Assembly (NCBI GenBank): GCA_039815185.1
Contig: JBCBZT010000011.1
Span: 128,474-192,473 of the forward strand
From: Cyanobacteria bacterium P01_A01_bin.123
Lineage (GTDB): Bacteria > Cyanobacteriota > Cyanobacteriia > Phormidesmidales > Phormidesmidaceae
DNA length: 64,000 nt
Reading direction: 5' to 3'
The first letter of the stretch is position 1. Each line of letters opens with the position of its first letter. The position numbers and the translations under genes are program-made. Below, in pieces: positions 1 to 10,532 of this stretch. Under the pieces are notes generated by a model. The model was given only the letters and a program-made list of their open reading frames with translations, made no database searches and was not told where the DNA came from.

Positions 1-105
1 AGTACTACGGCCGCCGTTGTCGAATCTGGCCTCCAGCCTGGAGAGCAAATCATCCTCCACCCCAGTGAGCAAATTGAGGCTGGTGATCAGGTTAAGCCGC
101 GTTAG
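1..105 (+). CDS. C-terminal fragment of an efflux RND/HlyD-type periplasmic adaptor subunit (partial, runs off window)
   Basis: Frame 1 reads [34 protein letters not shown], the typical 'V.SGL..GE.VILHP' end of membrane-fusion proteins. Confidence 0.65.
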   Translation, partial: STTAAVVESGLQPGEQIILHPSEQIEAGDQVKPR

Positions 106-173
106 CACATAGCAAGACCATCTTGCTCACTCAGAACCCCCATCTAACAACCAATAGCGCCCAACCTAAGCAT

Positions 174-1211
174 ATGCCACAATCCCCATTCGTCTCTTGT
201 CCTATACCGCTTCAACATTATCCCCAAGTACTCTTGGCCCATGGGGGCGGGGGTCGCCTCATGCATCAGCTGATCGAAGACATGTTTTTGGCTACCTTCC
301 AACCCGAACCTGCCTGGCAGCATGATGCCGCCGTCCTGACGCTATCGAATCAACGTCTAGCCTTTACCACCGATTCCTATGTAATCACGCCCCTGTTTTT
401 CCCCGGTGGCGACATCGGTTCCCTCGCCGTCCACGGCACCGTCAACGACTTGGCCATGGCCGGAGCCAGACCTTGCTACCTTAGCCTCAGCTTCATCCTG
501 GAAGAAGGGTTGCCCATGGAAATCCTCTGGCAGGTAGTTCAGTCGGTTCAAGCGGCAGCAAAACAATCCCAAGTGCATATTGTTACCGGAGACACCAAAG
601 TCGTCGATCGTGGCAAAGGTGATGGCCTGTTCATCAACACGTCCGGGATTGGGACCTTAGAGCATAGTGGTTTCATTGGGCCCAGCAGCATACAGCCAGG
701 TGATGTTGTCCTTCTCAGTGGCGACGTGGGGTGTCACGGTATTGCGATTCTCTCTGCTCGAGAGGGACTCGCCTTCGAGACCACCATCAAGAGTGATTCT
801 GCACCAATAGCAGCAGCAGTCCTAGATTTGCTCAAACAGGTTCCCGTCCATTGCCTGCGCGACCTCACCCGAGGGGGGATTGCTAGTGCCCTCAATGAAA
901 TTGCCCTAGCCGCAAAGGTGCATATTCAGCTAGAAAGCACCACTATCCCCATACAAGAAGAAGTACAAGGAGCTTGTGAATTATTAGGACTCGACCCACT
1001 TTATGTGGCCAATGAAGGCCGCTTTGTAGTATTTGTCCCGGCTGCTGTTGCAAGAACTGCCTTGGACTCCCTGCGGCAATATCATCCGTCTGCCGAAATC
1101 ATTGGTAGTGTTGTTGACACTCAAAAGGCTCAGGTAACCTTGCGAAGCCCACTAGGGGTACAGCGTATCCTTGATTTACTTAGTGGCAAACAGCTTCCTC
1201 GTATTTGTTAG
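174..1211 (+). CDS. hypE: Hydrogenase maturation protein HypE
   Basis: LAHGGGG, FTTDSY, GDTKVV, RDLTRGG motifs and C-terminal LPRIC; ATG 174 preferred over TTG 123. Confidence 0.95.
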   Translation: MPQSPFVSCPIPLQHYPQVLLAHGGGGRLMHQLIEDMFLATFQPEPAWQHDAAVLTLSNQRLAFTTDSYVITPLFFPGGDIGSLAVHGTVNDLAMAGARPCYLSLSFILEEGLPMEILWQVVQSVQAAAKQSQVHIVTGDTKVVDRGKGDGLFINTSGIGTLEHSGFIGPSSIQPGDVVLLSGDVGCHGIAILSAREGLAFETTIKSDSAPIAAAVLDLLKQVPVHCLRDLTRGGIASALNEIALAAKVHIQLESTTIPIQEEVQGACELLGLDPLYVANEGRFVVFVPAAVARTALDSLRQYHPSAEIIGSVVDTQKAQVTLRSPLGVQRILDLLSGKQLPRIC

Positions 1212-1310
1212 CTATTCCTTCGCCGGAGACAACTTCGTTCCCTCCAGTTGTTCGTTCGCTCTAATTGCTTATCGATGAGATTGAGAGGATATTTTCCCTA
1301 TGCAAAGCTG

Positions 1311-2585
1311 CTATGGATTTTCTTCAAGGAAGGTCAACTGTTCTTTGATAGCTTCTAACAACTCTGGCTGCTCTTGTGCGATCGCTAGATCTCTAGCTGT
1401 TTTCAAAACCTCTAAAGCCTCTCCATCCCTTTTCATCTGAATTAAAGAAACACCCAGGCTGAAATGAATATTGGCATCCTCTGGAGCTAAATATTTTGCT
1501 TCCTCATAATTTAAGATAGCTTGCTCAAATTGCTCGGTCTCAAACAATGCAAAGGCTAATGCACTATAGGTTCTCGCCTGGAAGGGATTAATTTCTATGG
1601 ATTGCTGGAAGTTTGCGATCGCGCCGTAATAGTCTTCTTGTTCAGTCAAGAGGAGTCCCAAATTGTAATAAATAGCGGCTCCCTCAGGATGAATCTCTAG
1701 CGCCCGTTCATACTTTGTTGCAGCTGCCGATAGATTCCCTTGATTTGTTAACGCAACGCCCCAGGCATTATAGGCTGTTGATAAATTCGGATCTAGAGAT
1801 AGCGCCTTTTCAGCCGCCACAATCGCTGCATCAAAACTCCCTTGCCTCGCCAGGGCAAAGCTCAAGGTGGCGTAAGCATCGGCATCCCTAGAGTCTTGAG
1901 AGATTGCCTCTTCTGCGGCCGCGATCGCTTCTTCATAACGCTCTTGTTCTGCTAGGACGTTGCTCAGTTCACTGTAGGCTCCGGCAATTTCAGGCGCGAT
2001 AGAAATGGCCGTTCTAATAGCAGCTTCCGCCTCAGAAAATCGTCCCATTTGTGTTAGAGCTTCGCCGAGCAGCAGATGCCCTTGAGGCTGCTCGGCATCA
2101 GCTTCTAAAGCTTGTTTTACAGCAATTTCAGCGCGATCGTACTCCTTATTTTCCAAGTAGGTTTGGGCAGTTTGAAAATGGCGTTGATAATCGGATGAGG
2201 AATCATTGGCTGAAGGTACCGGAGGTATTTCGTCTGATGAGGTTGCCGGAAGCGTTTCGGAAGATGTAAACAGCTTGGGTAATTTTGACCAGTCGATGGT
2301 GAGTGCGATGGCAATCACCAGTACCCAAATCCATAGCGTTGGATCTGTTGGTGAAGGCAGTTTTCTCTTTCTTGAGGTCATGGCTTCAAGGGGGAGTTTA
2401 GTTTTGCGATCGAGACTCCTATGAGGATTGACGGGCATCGCGATAGCTAAGCGTTCGTTCGAGGTATATTGCTGAGTTCGATCAACCTGGTTGACTGACA
2501 AAAGCTGTTTGTCAAATACTCCGAATGTCTGCAATTCGAAGATCTGAGCGACATGGAAAAACTGGGTAGGAACCTCACTCCTCAC
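1311..2585 (-). CDS. Tetratricopeptide repeat protein with an N-terminal TM segment (true start probably ~2381-2438)
   Basis: Hydrophobic LWIWVLVIAIALTI followed by ~8 TPR units. Confidence 0.85.
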   Translation of the reverse strand: MRSEVPTQFFHVAQIFELQTFGVFDKQLLSVNQVDRTQQYTSNERLAIAMPVNPHRSLDRKTKLPLEAMTSRKRKLPSPTDPTLWIWVLVIAIALTIDWSKLPKLFTSSETLPATSSDEIPPVPSANDSSSDYQRHFQTAQTYLENKEYDRAEIAVKQALEADAEQPQGHLLLGEALTQMGRFSEAEAAIRTAISIAPEIAGAYSELSNVLAEQERYEEAIAAAEEAISQDSRDADAYATLSFALARQGSFDAAIVAAEKALSLDPNLSTAYNAWGVALTNQGNLSAAATKYERALEIHPEGAAIYYNLGLLLTEQEDYYGAIANFQQSIEINPFQARTYSALAFALFETEQFEQAILNYEEAKYLAPEDANIHFSLGVSLIQMKRDGEALEVLKTARDLAIAQEQPELLEAIKEQLTFLEENP

Positions 2586-2956
2586 TTTTGCTGACTCAGA
2601 TCTGACAGTTACCCTGAGTTGGCAAATTTTCGATTCGATCTAGCCGGTCGGTTATTGTCGCGATCGCCCCCGTCTTCATCAACAATCCTAGTACATTCGC
2701 TCAGGCTTGCAAAGACAGAACCTTAAGACTGGTCAGCATGCGATCGCAGCCGTCGTCAGCATCGGCCCCGTTAAACATGCCTGTGCCATCCCCTGCCAGT
2801 TTCTTTGGAAGGCTTATCTAGTCCAGAAAGCCAAGCTGGATCAGGAAAAGATCGAAGTGCTTGTGGCTTAGGTTAGGAAAACGTTATTTAAGAAATTGAA
2901 CCTACTGCCAATTCTGTTCAATTCGCCTGGTAGGCTGTGAAACGCTAACAAGCGAG

Positions 2957-4078
2957 ATGAGGATAGAAACGGCCATGGGTGAGGCAACAGGCGATGCTAG
3001 ACGAATTGGCATTTTGACCAGTGGCGGTGATTGCGCTGGGCTAAACGCGGCAATTCGTGCCGTCACCCGTCGGGCAATTGGCACCTACGACTGGGAGGTG
3101 TTTGGCATTTGCCGAGCAACCCATGGCCTGATGGCCCGACCCCCTGAGGCAATGCAGTTTAGCCGCCGCCATTCCTATTCCCTGCGAACCATGGGGGGCA
3201 CTGTCTTGGGGACAACCAATAAGGGCAATCCGTTTGCTTTTCCCATGGCGGATGGGTCGGTACGCGATCGCTCGGAGGAGATCATTGCCGGCTACTACGA
3301 GCTGGGCTTAGATGCGTTGATTGGTGTGGGGGGCGATGGTAGTTTGGCAATTTTACGGAAGCTGGCCCAGCAAGGCAATATCAACCTGGTGGCCATTCCC
3401 AAAACCATCGACAACGATTTAGGCAGTACGGAACGCTCGATTGGATTTGATACGGCGGTAAACATTGCCACTGAAGCCCTCGATCGCCTCCATTTCACAG
3501 CAGCTAGCCACTCGCGGGTGATGATTTTAGAGGTGATGGGTCGTGATGCTGGGCACATTGCCCTAAATGCAGGCATTGCTGGCGGTGCCGATATTATTTT
3601 GATTCCAGAAATTTCCTACACGATTGAGAAAGTTTGCGACGCGATCGCGCGAATTAGTGACCGGGGCCGCAACTTTGCCCTGATGGTTGTCGCCGAAGCA
3701 GTGTGCGACGAAAATGGCCAAAAGGTTAAGCAAAGGGATCGACAGGGCCACAACCGTTTGGGGGGCATTGGTCAGTACCTAGCGGATCGAATTTCTGGGT
3801 GTAGCGGGGCAGAGACTCGCGTGACGGTGTTGGGCCATGTGCAGCGGGGCGGCACCCCATCACCGTTAGATCGGGTGTTGGCCAGTGCTTTTGGGGTGGC
3901 CGCCGTGGATTTAATCGCTGAGGGCAAATATGACCACATGGTGAGCTGGCAAAACCGTCAGATTGTGAGTGTGCCCATTCAAGATGCGATCGCCCAGTAT
4001 CGAGCCGTTGATCCAGACGATACGCTAGTGAAAACTGCGCGGGCAATTGGTATTAGCTTTGGCGATGCAGAATTCTGA
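2957..4078 (+). CDS. pfkA: ATP-dependent 6-phosphofructokinase
   Basis: IGILTSGGDCAGLN, GGDGS, PKTIDND, EVMGR, LGHVQRGG motifs. Confidence 0.95.
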   Translation: MRIETAMGEATGDARRIGILTSGGDCAGLNAAIRAVTRRAIGTYDWEVFGICRATHGLMARPPEAMQFSRRHSYSLRTMGGTVLGTTNKGNPFAFPMADGSVRDRSEEIIAGYYELGLDALIGVGGDGSLAILRKLAQQGNINLVAIPKTIDNDLGSTERSIGFDTAVNIATEALDRLHFTAASHSRVMILEVMGRDAGHIALNAGIAGGADIILIPEISYTIEKVCDAIARISDRGRNFALMVVAEAVCDENGQKVKQRDRQGHNRLGGIGQYLADRISGCSGAETRVTVLGHVQRGGTPSPLDRVLASAFGVAAVDLIAEGKYDHMVSWQNRQIVSVPIQDAIAQYRAVDPDDTLVKTARAIGISFGDAEF

Positions 4079-4352
4079 AGCGACTATAACGAGTCTCACG
4101 TTTTGTCCGACGTAATCTGGCCTTTGCCAAGACCCTCCGCCCTTGGGCAGATGATTTCATCAGTAAATCTGCGATAGCAACAGAGTTACCGAACCGGATT
4201 CTGAATCGGTTATAGCGAAGCATCTTTGCCGACGCTTTGCGTTCGCAGCAGTAATCTTTTCATTTCAATTGCCTCTAGAAAATCTATAGATAAGACAGAA
4301 TGGATATATGAGTAGGGCTGTCCGCAGTGCCCCAACTGTCGATAGGGGATGA

Positions 4353-4556
4353 GTGATCGCTGTTGAAAGAGGAGTCCTGCACCTCCACAGCACCATGGAT
4401 GCCTCAATTAAGGAGCAAGAGCTGCTCCGGAAAAATCAATCTCTACGTCGAGAAAACCAGTTGCTCCGGGACGAAATCGCCCGCCTTAAATCAGATCTAA
4501 CCCGCCTCCAACGGGTTATCTATCGACTAGCAGTAGTGGCTAGACGTCATCTGTGA
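4353..4556 (+). CDS. Small coiled-coil hypothetical protein (start possibly ATG 4395)
   Basis: Heptad Leu pattern LLRKNQSLRRENQLLRDEIARLKSDLTRL. Confidence 0.45.
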   Translation: MIAVERGVLHLHSTMDASIKEQELLRKNQSLRRENQLLRDEIARLKSDLTRLQRVIYRLAVVARRHL

Positions 4557-4714
4557 GGCCGTCAAAGCAGAGCTAGACCAAGCTTGATGGGCGATAGCCT
4601 AACCCCGTGACAATTGTTCTTGCAAACCCTTTTGACCCAATGACCTTGGCGAGTCAAATTACGGGCTTTTTGGGATGGTAGTTGTGAACTGGATTTTTGC
4701 ACTAGGGTTGAAAT

Positions 4715-4747
4715 CCCCACAACATCCTCATACTTTCTAGTTATTAA
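4715..4747 (+). promoter_or_regulatory. CCTCA direct-repeat promoter module, copy 1 (before response regulator)
   Basis: CCCCA-caacat-CCTCA-tactttctagt-TATTAA. Confidence 0.7.
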
Positions 4748-4770
4748 TCCATTAAGTTATTAATCCATTA
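4739..4770 (+). repeat. Perfect 16-bp tandem duplication AGTTATTAATCCATTA x2
   Basis: Copies at 4739-4754 and 4755-4770. Confidence 0.9.
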
Positions 4771-4849
4771 ACTGTGCTTCATGACATGAGAGTAACCTTT
4801 CTTACTCCATGAGGGGAAACCCTCATCAGTAGAGATACTGGGAAAAGAT

Positions 4850-5314
4850 ATGTATGAATTGCAGCTAATACAACGCACTACTCCCAAAGTGTTAATGCAG
4901 TCTCATTGCTTACTTCGGTTACTCCTGCTTCGGTTACTCCTGATTGAGGATGTCGATGACCTCCAGGCTATTATTCAGTTCAGCTTGGAAGCGATCGTGG
5001 GATGTCAGCTCACTTCGACTAAATCAACCCAAGATTGGTTGAAAGTATTACAAGATAGTGCACCTGACGTGATTCTTTTAGATGGACAATCCAATAGTGC
5101 TCATATTTTGTCCCAGCTTAAAAAAAGTTGGTTGACGCGAGACATCCCCGTCGTTTGCCTGGTTTCGCGCGATCGCATGGATGATCAGTTACAGGCCAAA
5201 CAAGCAGGAGCCGCTGCCATTGTGGCTAAACCCTTTGATCCGGGCTTTTTAGTAGAGATAATTTTGAGCATCGTTGGACCGCATTCCCCTCAACGGAATT
5301 TTTCATCTTCATAA
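4850..5314 (+). CDS. Single-domain (CheY-like) response regulator
   Basis: LLIEDVDD, PDVILLD (phospho-Asp), IPVV, AKPFDP; no output domain. Confidence 0.85.
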   Translation: MYELQLIQRTTPKVLMQSHCLLRLLLLRLLLIEDVDDLQAIIQFSLEAIVGCQLTSTKSTQDWLKVLQDSAPDVILLDGQSNSAHILSQLKKSWLTRDIPVVCLVSRDRMDDQLQAKQAGAAAIVAKPFDPGFLVEIILSIVGPHSPQRNFSSS

Positions 5315-5339
5315 CATCCTCATACTCTCTGGATAATTT
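5307..5339 (+). promoter_or_regulatory. CCTCA direct-repeat promoter module, copy 2 (before IF7-like gene and N-ATPase operon)
   Basis: CTTCA-taacat-CCTCA-tactctctgga-TAATTT; overlaps the upstream stop codon. Confidence 0.75.
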
Positions 5340-5406
5340 AATAGCTGAAAGGAGTTCTCAACCGAATCCACTTTGACTCCGTAGCTATTGATTAAAGGAG
5401 AGAGAG

Positions 5407-5652
5407 ATGTCTACTCAGGAAACAGCCCGTCAGAACATAGCTCAACAGCGGCAACATCAAAAACACCAAACACAATCAATGCTAGAGCGAACCGAAGCGG
5501 AATCTGCTGAGATCAACGACGTTGAAATTCAAGAAGAAACTCGTGAAGCACTCACTCGGGGACGCCAGAAAGAGCAGCATACCGTCCAGTCTATGCAGCG
5601 TCGCTTGATAGATGAAGTCGAAGGTTCTAAAGAATTAGGTGATCCTAATTAA
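5407..5652 (+). CDS. Small protein with two GS-inactivating-factor (IF7/GifA)-like repeats
   Basis: MSTQETAR...QSMLERTEAE resembles the IF7 N-terminus; SD AAGGAG upstream. Confidence 0.65.
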   Translation: MSTQETARQNIAQQRQHQKHQTQSMLERTEAESAEINDVEIQEETREALTRGRQKEQHTVQSMQRRLIDEVEGSKELGDPN

Positions 5653-5789
5653 ATAGCACAAGCGTTGACTCCAGTCAGTGGATAATCTTTTCTGAGCTAA
5701 AGACTCAATACTCCGAAGGGGATAAAGCTTTAGCAATCACTCGATCAATTTTCAAGCCTGAAAGCATAGCATTTCAGGAGGTTTATAAG

Positions 5790-6019
5790 ATGAAAGAAAG
5801 AAAATATCAAAATAGCTTCTTGAAGGATTTTTTGGCCTATCTTAACCAGCCATTGTTTGATAAAAATAAGCGTACCTACTTCAATCCGCTAACCTTTAGA
5901 AAGGTCTCTAACGTTAAATTGCTAGAACGATGCTGGCAGCTTGACTATGAGATAGAGGCATATCGTTTACGATTAGAATTTCGTTGGCAAGAGATAGGTC
6001 TTTTATTAGGAATATCGCC

Positions 6020-6023
<4 letters not shown>
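5790..6023 (+). CDS. Hypothetical small protein
   Basis: SD AGGAGG before ATG; stop overlaps the next ATG (ATGA). Confidence 0.6.
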
Positions 6024-7563
<1,540 letters not shown>

Positions 7564-7574
7564 TCAAGCAGCAT

Positions 7575-7672
7575 CGCCCCCCACTCCCCTCTGCCTCCCT
7601 TACTCCCCCACTCTCTTCTGCCTCCCGTCCCCATTCCCCTACTCCCTACCTCCCCTACTCCCCCACTCCCCC
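7575..7672 (+). repeat. C-rich short tandem repeats (CCCCACT / CCCCTACT-like)
   Basis: Degenerate 7-8-mer pyrimidine-rich repeats fill the atpD-atpC spacer. Confidence 0.75.
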
Positions 7673-8065
7673 ATGCACCACAAGCTCCTCCTCCCCACCC
7701 ACGTCCTCATTGACCAACCCGTCACAAAAGTCATTGCCGAAGCTGAAAACGGAGCTTTTTGCCTACTCCCCCACCACATTGATTTCCTCGCAGCTTTAGT
7801 ACCGGGTATTCTGACCCTGCAAACACCTGAGGGAGCAGAAATCTTCCTGGCTGTAGACCGGGGCATTTTGATCAAATGCGGGGCAGAGGTATTGATTTCG
7901 ACTCGCAATGCCTTTCGGGGAAGTCACCTGGAGGCATTAAAGCGGGAGGTTGAACAGCAGTTTTACACGATGGACGAACAGGAGCGTCGGGCGCGCACTG
8001 CGATCGCGCGGATGGAGGCTAGTTTGGTACGTCAGTTCACAGCCCTCGCCACGGAGGCAGGTTAA
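7673..8065 (+). CDS. atpC: N-ATPase epsilon subunit
   Basis: KVIAEAENGAFCLLPHHIDFLAALVPGIL; the ORF-track N-terminal extension is repeat-derived. Confidence 0.9.
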   Translation: MHHKLLLPTHVLIDQPVTKVIAEAENGAFCLLPHHIDFLAALVPGILTLQTPEGAEIFLAVDRGILIKCGAEVLISTRNAFRGSHLEALKREVEQQFYTMDEQERRARTAIARMEASLVRQFTALATEAG

Positions 8066-8359
8066 ATGTCAAAGCCACATCCCGATCAGCATTCTTTTCT
8101 AGAGGGCATCGGTGGCAAAGCCGATCGCAAGCTTAAGGCCCGCCGCACCCGCAAACAGGTGTGGTTTGCCCTGGGGATGTTTGGCATGGTGGGCTGGGCG
8201 GTGACGCTGCCGACGATGATGGGGATTGCCCTGGGGGTTTGGATTGATCGCCAGGTAGACAGCCCATATTCCTGGACATTAATGCTGTTGGCCGTGGGGG
8301 TAGGTCTAGGGTGTTGGAATGCCTGGTACTGGGTGACGAAGGAGAGTCAACGTGATTGA
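8066..8359 (+). CDS. atpQ: N-ATPase AtpQ (AtpZ/AtpI-like) subunit
   Basis: LGMFGMVGW..GIALGVWID..SWTLMLL..GCWNAWYWV; operon position. Confidence 0.85.
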   Translation: MSKPHPDQHSFLEGIGGKADRKLKARRTRKQVWFALGMFGMVGWAVTLPTMMGIALGVWIDRQVDSPYSWTLMLLAVGVGLGCWNAWYWVTKESQRD

Positions 8360-8401
8360 AGCTGAGTTTACTCTGCCGCTGGAAATGCGGAGGCAATTGG
8401 T

Positions 8402-8728
8402 ATGAACAGTGGCTTATTCAGTCTGGCGCTACTGCTTTTAGCGGGCTTGAGCTTAGGAAGTGTTTACTTTGGAGGGCTTTGGATCACCCTACGGCGTCTG
8501 CCCCGGTGGCGTCGCCCTTTCCTGCGCATGGGGCTTAGCCTGCTTAGCCGACTGGCTGTTTTACTCGGGGGCGGGGCTTGGTTATTGCAACATGCCATTG
8601 CCCCACCCCTAGCGGTGATCTTGCTGATCAGCGTTGGGGTTTGGCTCAGCCGGACGCTACTGATTGCTCAACTGTTAACAACCGTAGAACGCTCGACTAA
8701 GACTGTTCATCCTGCTGCTCATCATTAG
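8402..8728 (+). CDS. atpR: N-ATPase AtpR subunit
   Basis: G.VYFGGLW.T.RR motif, three TM segments, operon position. Confidence 0.85.
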   Translation: MNSGLFSLALLLLAGLSLGSVYFGGLWITLRRLPRWRRPFLRMGLSLLSRLAVLLGGGAWLLQHAIAPPLAVILLISVGVWLSRTLLIAQLLTTVERSTKTVHPAAHH

Positions 8729-8742
8729 AGGGGCGATCGCTC

Positions 8743-9459
8743 ATGAATCTCACTCCCGATCAAATTCCAATTCATTTGGGACCTATTATCCTCAACGCCA
8801 CCCTCGTATTTACCTGGTTTGTCATGGGGCTGCTAATCCTATTGTCCTGGTGGGTGACGCGAAATCTTTCTGCTTCAACCCGAATGTCACCCGGGCAAAA
8901 CCTGCTGGAGGTGTTGGTATTAGGTATTGGCAACCAAATTCGCGACATCAGTGAGCAAGAACCTGCCCCCTACCTGCCCTTTGTCGGGACACTATTTATT
9001 TTTATCGCCGCCTCAAATCTGCTCAGCATTCTGCCCGGCTACCAACCCCCCACCGGGTCGCTGTCAACAACGGCGGCACTAGCCATTTGCGTATTTGTTG
9101 CGGTGCCCCTGTATGGCATTCGTCAGCGGGGTTGGCGGTCGTACCTAAAACAGTATGTGGAACCCACCCCCATCATGCTGCCGTTTAACCTCATCAGCGA
9201 TGTATCGCGGATTATTTCTTTGGCGGTGCGGCTGTTTGGCAACGTGATGAGCGGCACCATGATTGTGGCCATTTTGCTCTCCATCGCACCCCTGATATTT
9301 CCAGTTGTGATGCAGGCGTTTGGACTGCTCACTGGGTTGATTCAAGCCTATATTTTTGCGGTATTGGCGATGGTGTTCATTGCAGCGGCGACTGAGGTTC
9401 ACGCCTCAACTGATTCATCCAATCATTCAGACAATTCTGTGGAGGTTTCCAATGGATAA
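8743..9459 (+). CDS. atpB: N-ATPase a subunit
   Basis: PPTGSLSTT, SLAVRLFGN (essential Arg), LIQAYIFAVLAMVFI. Confidence 0.95.
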   Translation: MNLTPDQIPIHLGPIILNATLVFTWFVMGLLILLSWWVTRNLSASTRMSPGQNLLEVLVLGIGNQIRDISEQEPAPYLPFVGTLFIFIAASNLLSILPGYQPPTGSLSTTAALAICVFVAVPLYGIRQRGWRSYLKQYVEPTPIMLPFNLISDVSRIISLAVRLFGNVMSGTMIVAILLSIAPLIFPVVMQAFGLLTGLIQAYIFAVLAMVFIAAATEVHASTDSSNHSDNSVEVSNG

Positions 9460-9730
9460 TGTGGCGCTTGTCGGCATGGCTTCGATTGTGATTGCGGGGT
9501 TAACTATTGCCATTGGCTCCATTGCGCCGGCTCTTGGAGAAGGGCGCGCTTTAGCTCAGGCCCTGACTGCCCTAGCCCAGCAACCGGACGAAGCCAACAC
9601 GATTACCCGCACCCTGTTTGTCGGTATGGCTTTGGTAGAATCGACAGCCATTTACTGCTTTGTGATTACGCTGATTTTAATTTTTGCCAATCCGTTTTGG
9701 GCCTATGTGACTACTCAGGCAGGAGGGTAA
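9452..9730 (+). CDS. atpE: N-ATPase c subunit (92 aa) with Na+-type ligand set
   Basis: SD GGAGG then ATG 9452; ALGEGRA, QQPD loop, ESTAIY. Confidence 0.95.
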   Translation: MDNVALVGMASIVIAGLTIAIGSIAPALGEGRALAQALTALAQQPDEANTITRTLFVGMALVESTAIYCFVITLILIFANPFWAYVTTQAGG

Positions 9731-9733
9731 TCC

Positions 9734-10528
9734 ATGCTGATTGATCCGTTTACCGTTCTGGCGCAAATCGTCAACTTTTTGATTTTGGTGGCGCTGCTGA
9801 AGCATTTCCTCTATGGGCCGATTACGCGCACTATGGCTCAACGAGAACAAACTATTGCCGAACAGCTAGCGCGGGCCGAACAGCAAGAATTAGCAGCCCA
9901 AACAGAGGCCGCTCGAATGCAGCAAATGCAGCAGGACTTTGCTGCTCACCGAGATCAGCGACTGGCCCAGTTGCGATCGCAGATCGAAGACCAGCGCCTT
10001 AACCTGGTAGAGCAAGCCGAAGATGAGGTCGAGACTGCTAGAACTCGCTGGTACCGAGCTTTAGACCAAGAGAGAACAATGGTCTTACAGGCTTTTCGCC
10101 AGCAAGCCGCCTATCAACTGATGCAAACAGTTCGCCAAGTCTTGATAGATCTCGCCAATGCTGACCTAGAGCAGCAGGTGGTGGCAAAGTTCTTAAATCG
10201 TTTGGGCCAGTTACCAGAGTCAGAGCAACAGGCGCTACGGGCCGCGTTGACCCAGGCCGATGGTGCCTCGATGATCATTCGCAGCAGTTTTCTTTTAACA
10301 GAAGACACGCAGCATTCCCTCACAGAAGCGTTGCAGACAGCGGCAAAGGCTCAGCTTGTTCCGATACAGTTTGAAATCAACGCTGCCCTCGGCTGTGGTA
10401 TTGAGCTTAGAGCTCCCGGCTACAAGTTGGAATGGACCCTAGCTGCCTACCTCGACAACCTAGAACACAACCTGGCCCTTACCCTAGACCAGCATGTGGA
10501 AGTTGAGCCAACCGTTATCTCTGCCTAG
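9734..10528 (+). CDS. atpF: N-ATPase b subunit with delta-like C-terminal extension
   Basis: [30 protein letters not shown], coiled coil, CGIELRA..YKLEW. Confidence 0.92.
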   Translation: MLIDPFTVLAQIVNFLILVALLKHFLYGPITRTMAQREQTIAEQLARAEQQELAAQTEAARMQQMQQDFAAHRDQRLAQLRSQIEDQRLNLVEQAEDEVETARTRWYRALDQERTMVLQAFRQQAAYQLMQTVRQVLIDLANADLEQQVVAKFLNRLGQLPESEQQALRAALTQADGASMIIRSSFLLTEDTQHSLTEALQTAAKAQLVPIQFEINAALGCGIELRAPGYKLEWTLAAYLDNLEHNLALTLDQHVEVEPTVISA

Positions 10529-10532
10529 AGCC

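Noticed and set aside
2573..2584. CCTCA-ct-CCTCA as another regulon module
   Set aside because: The period is 7 rather than 11 and there is no TA at +12
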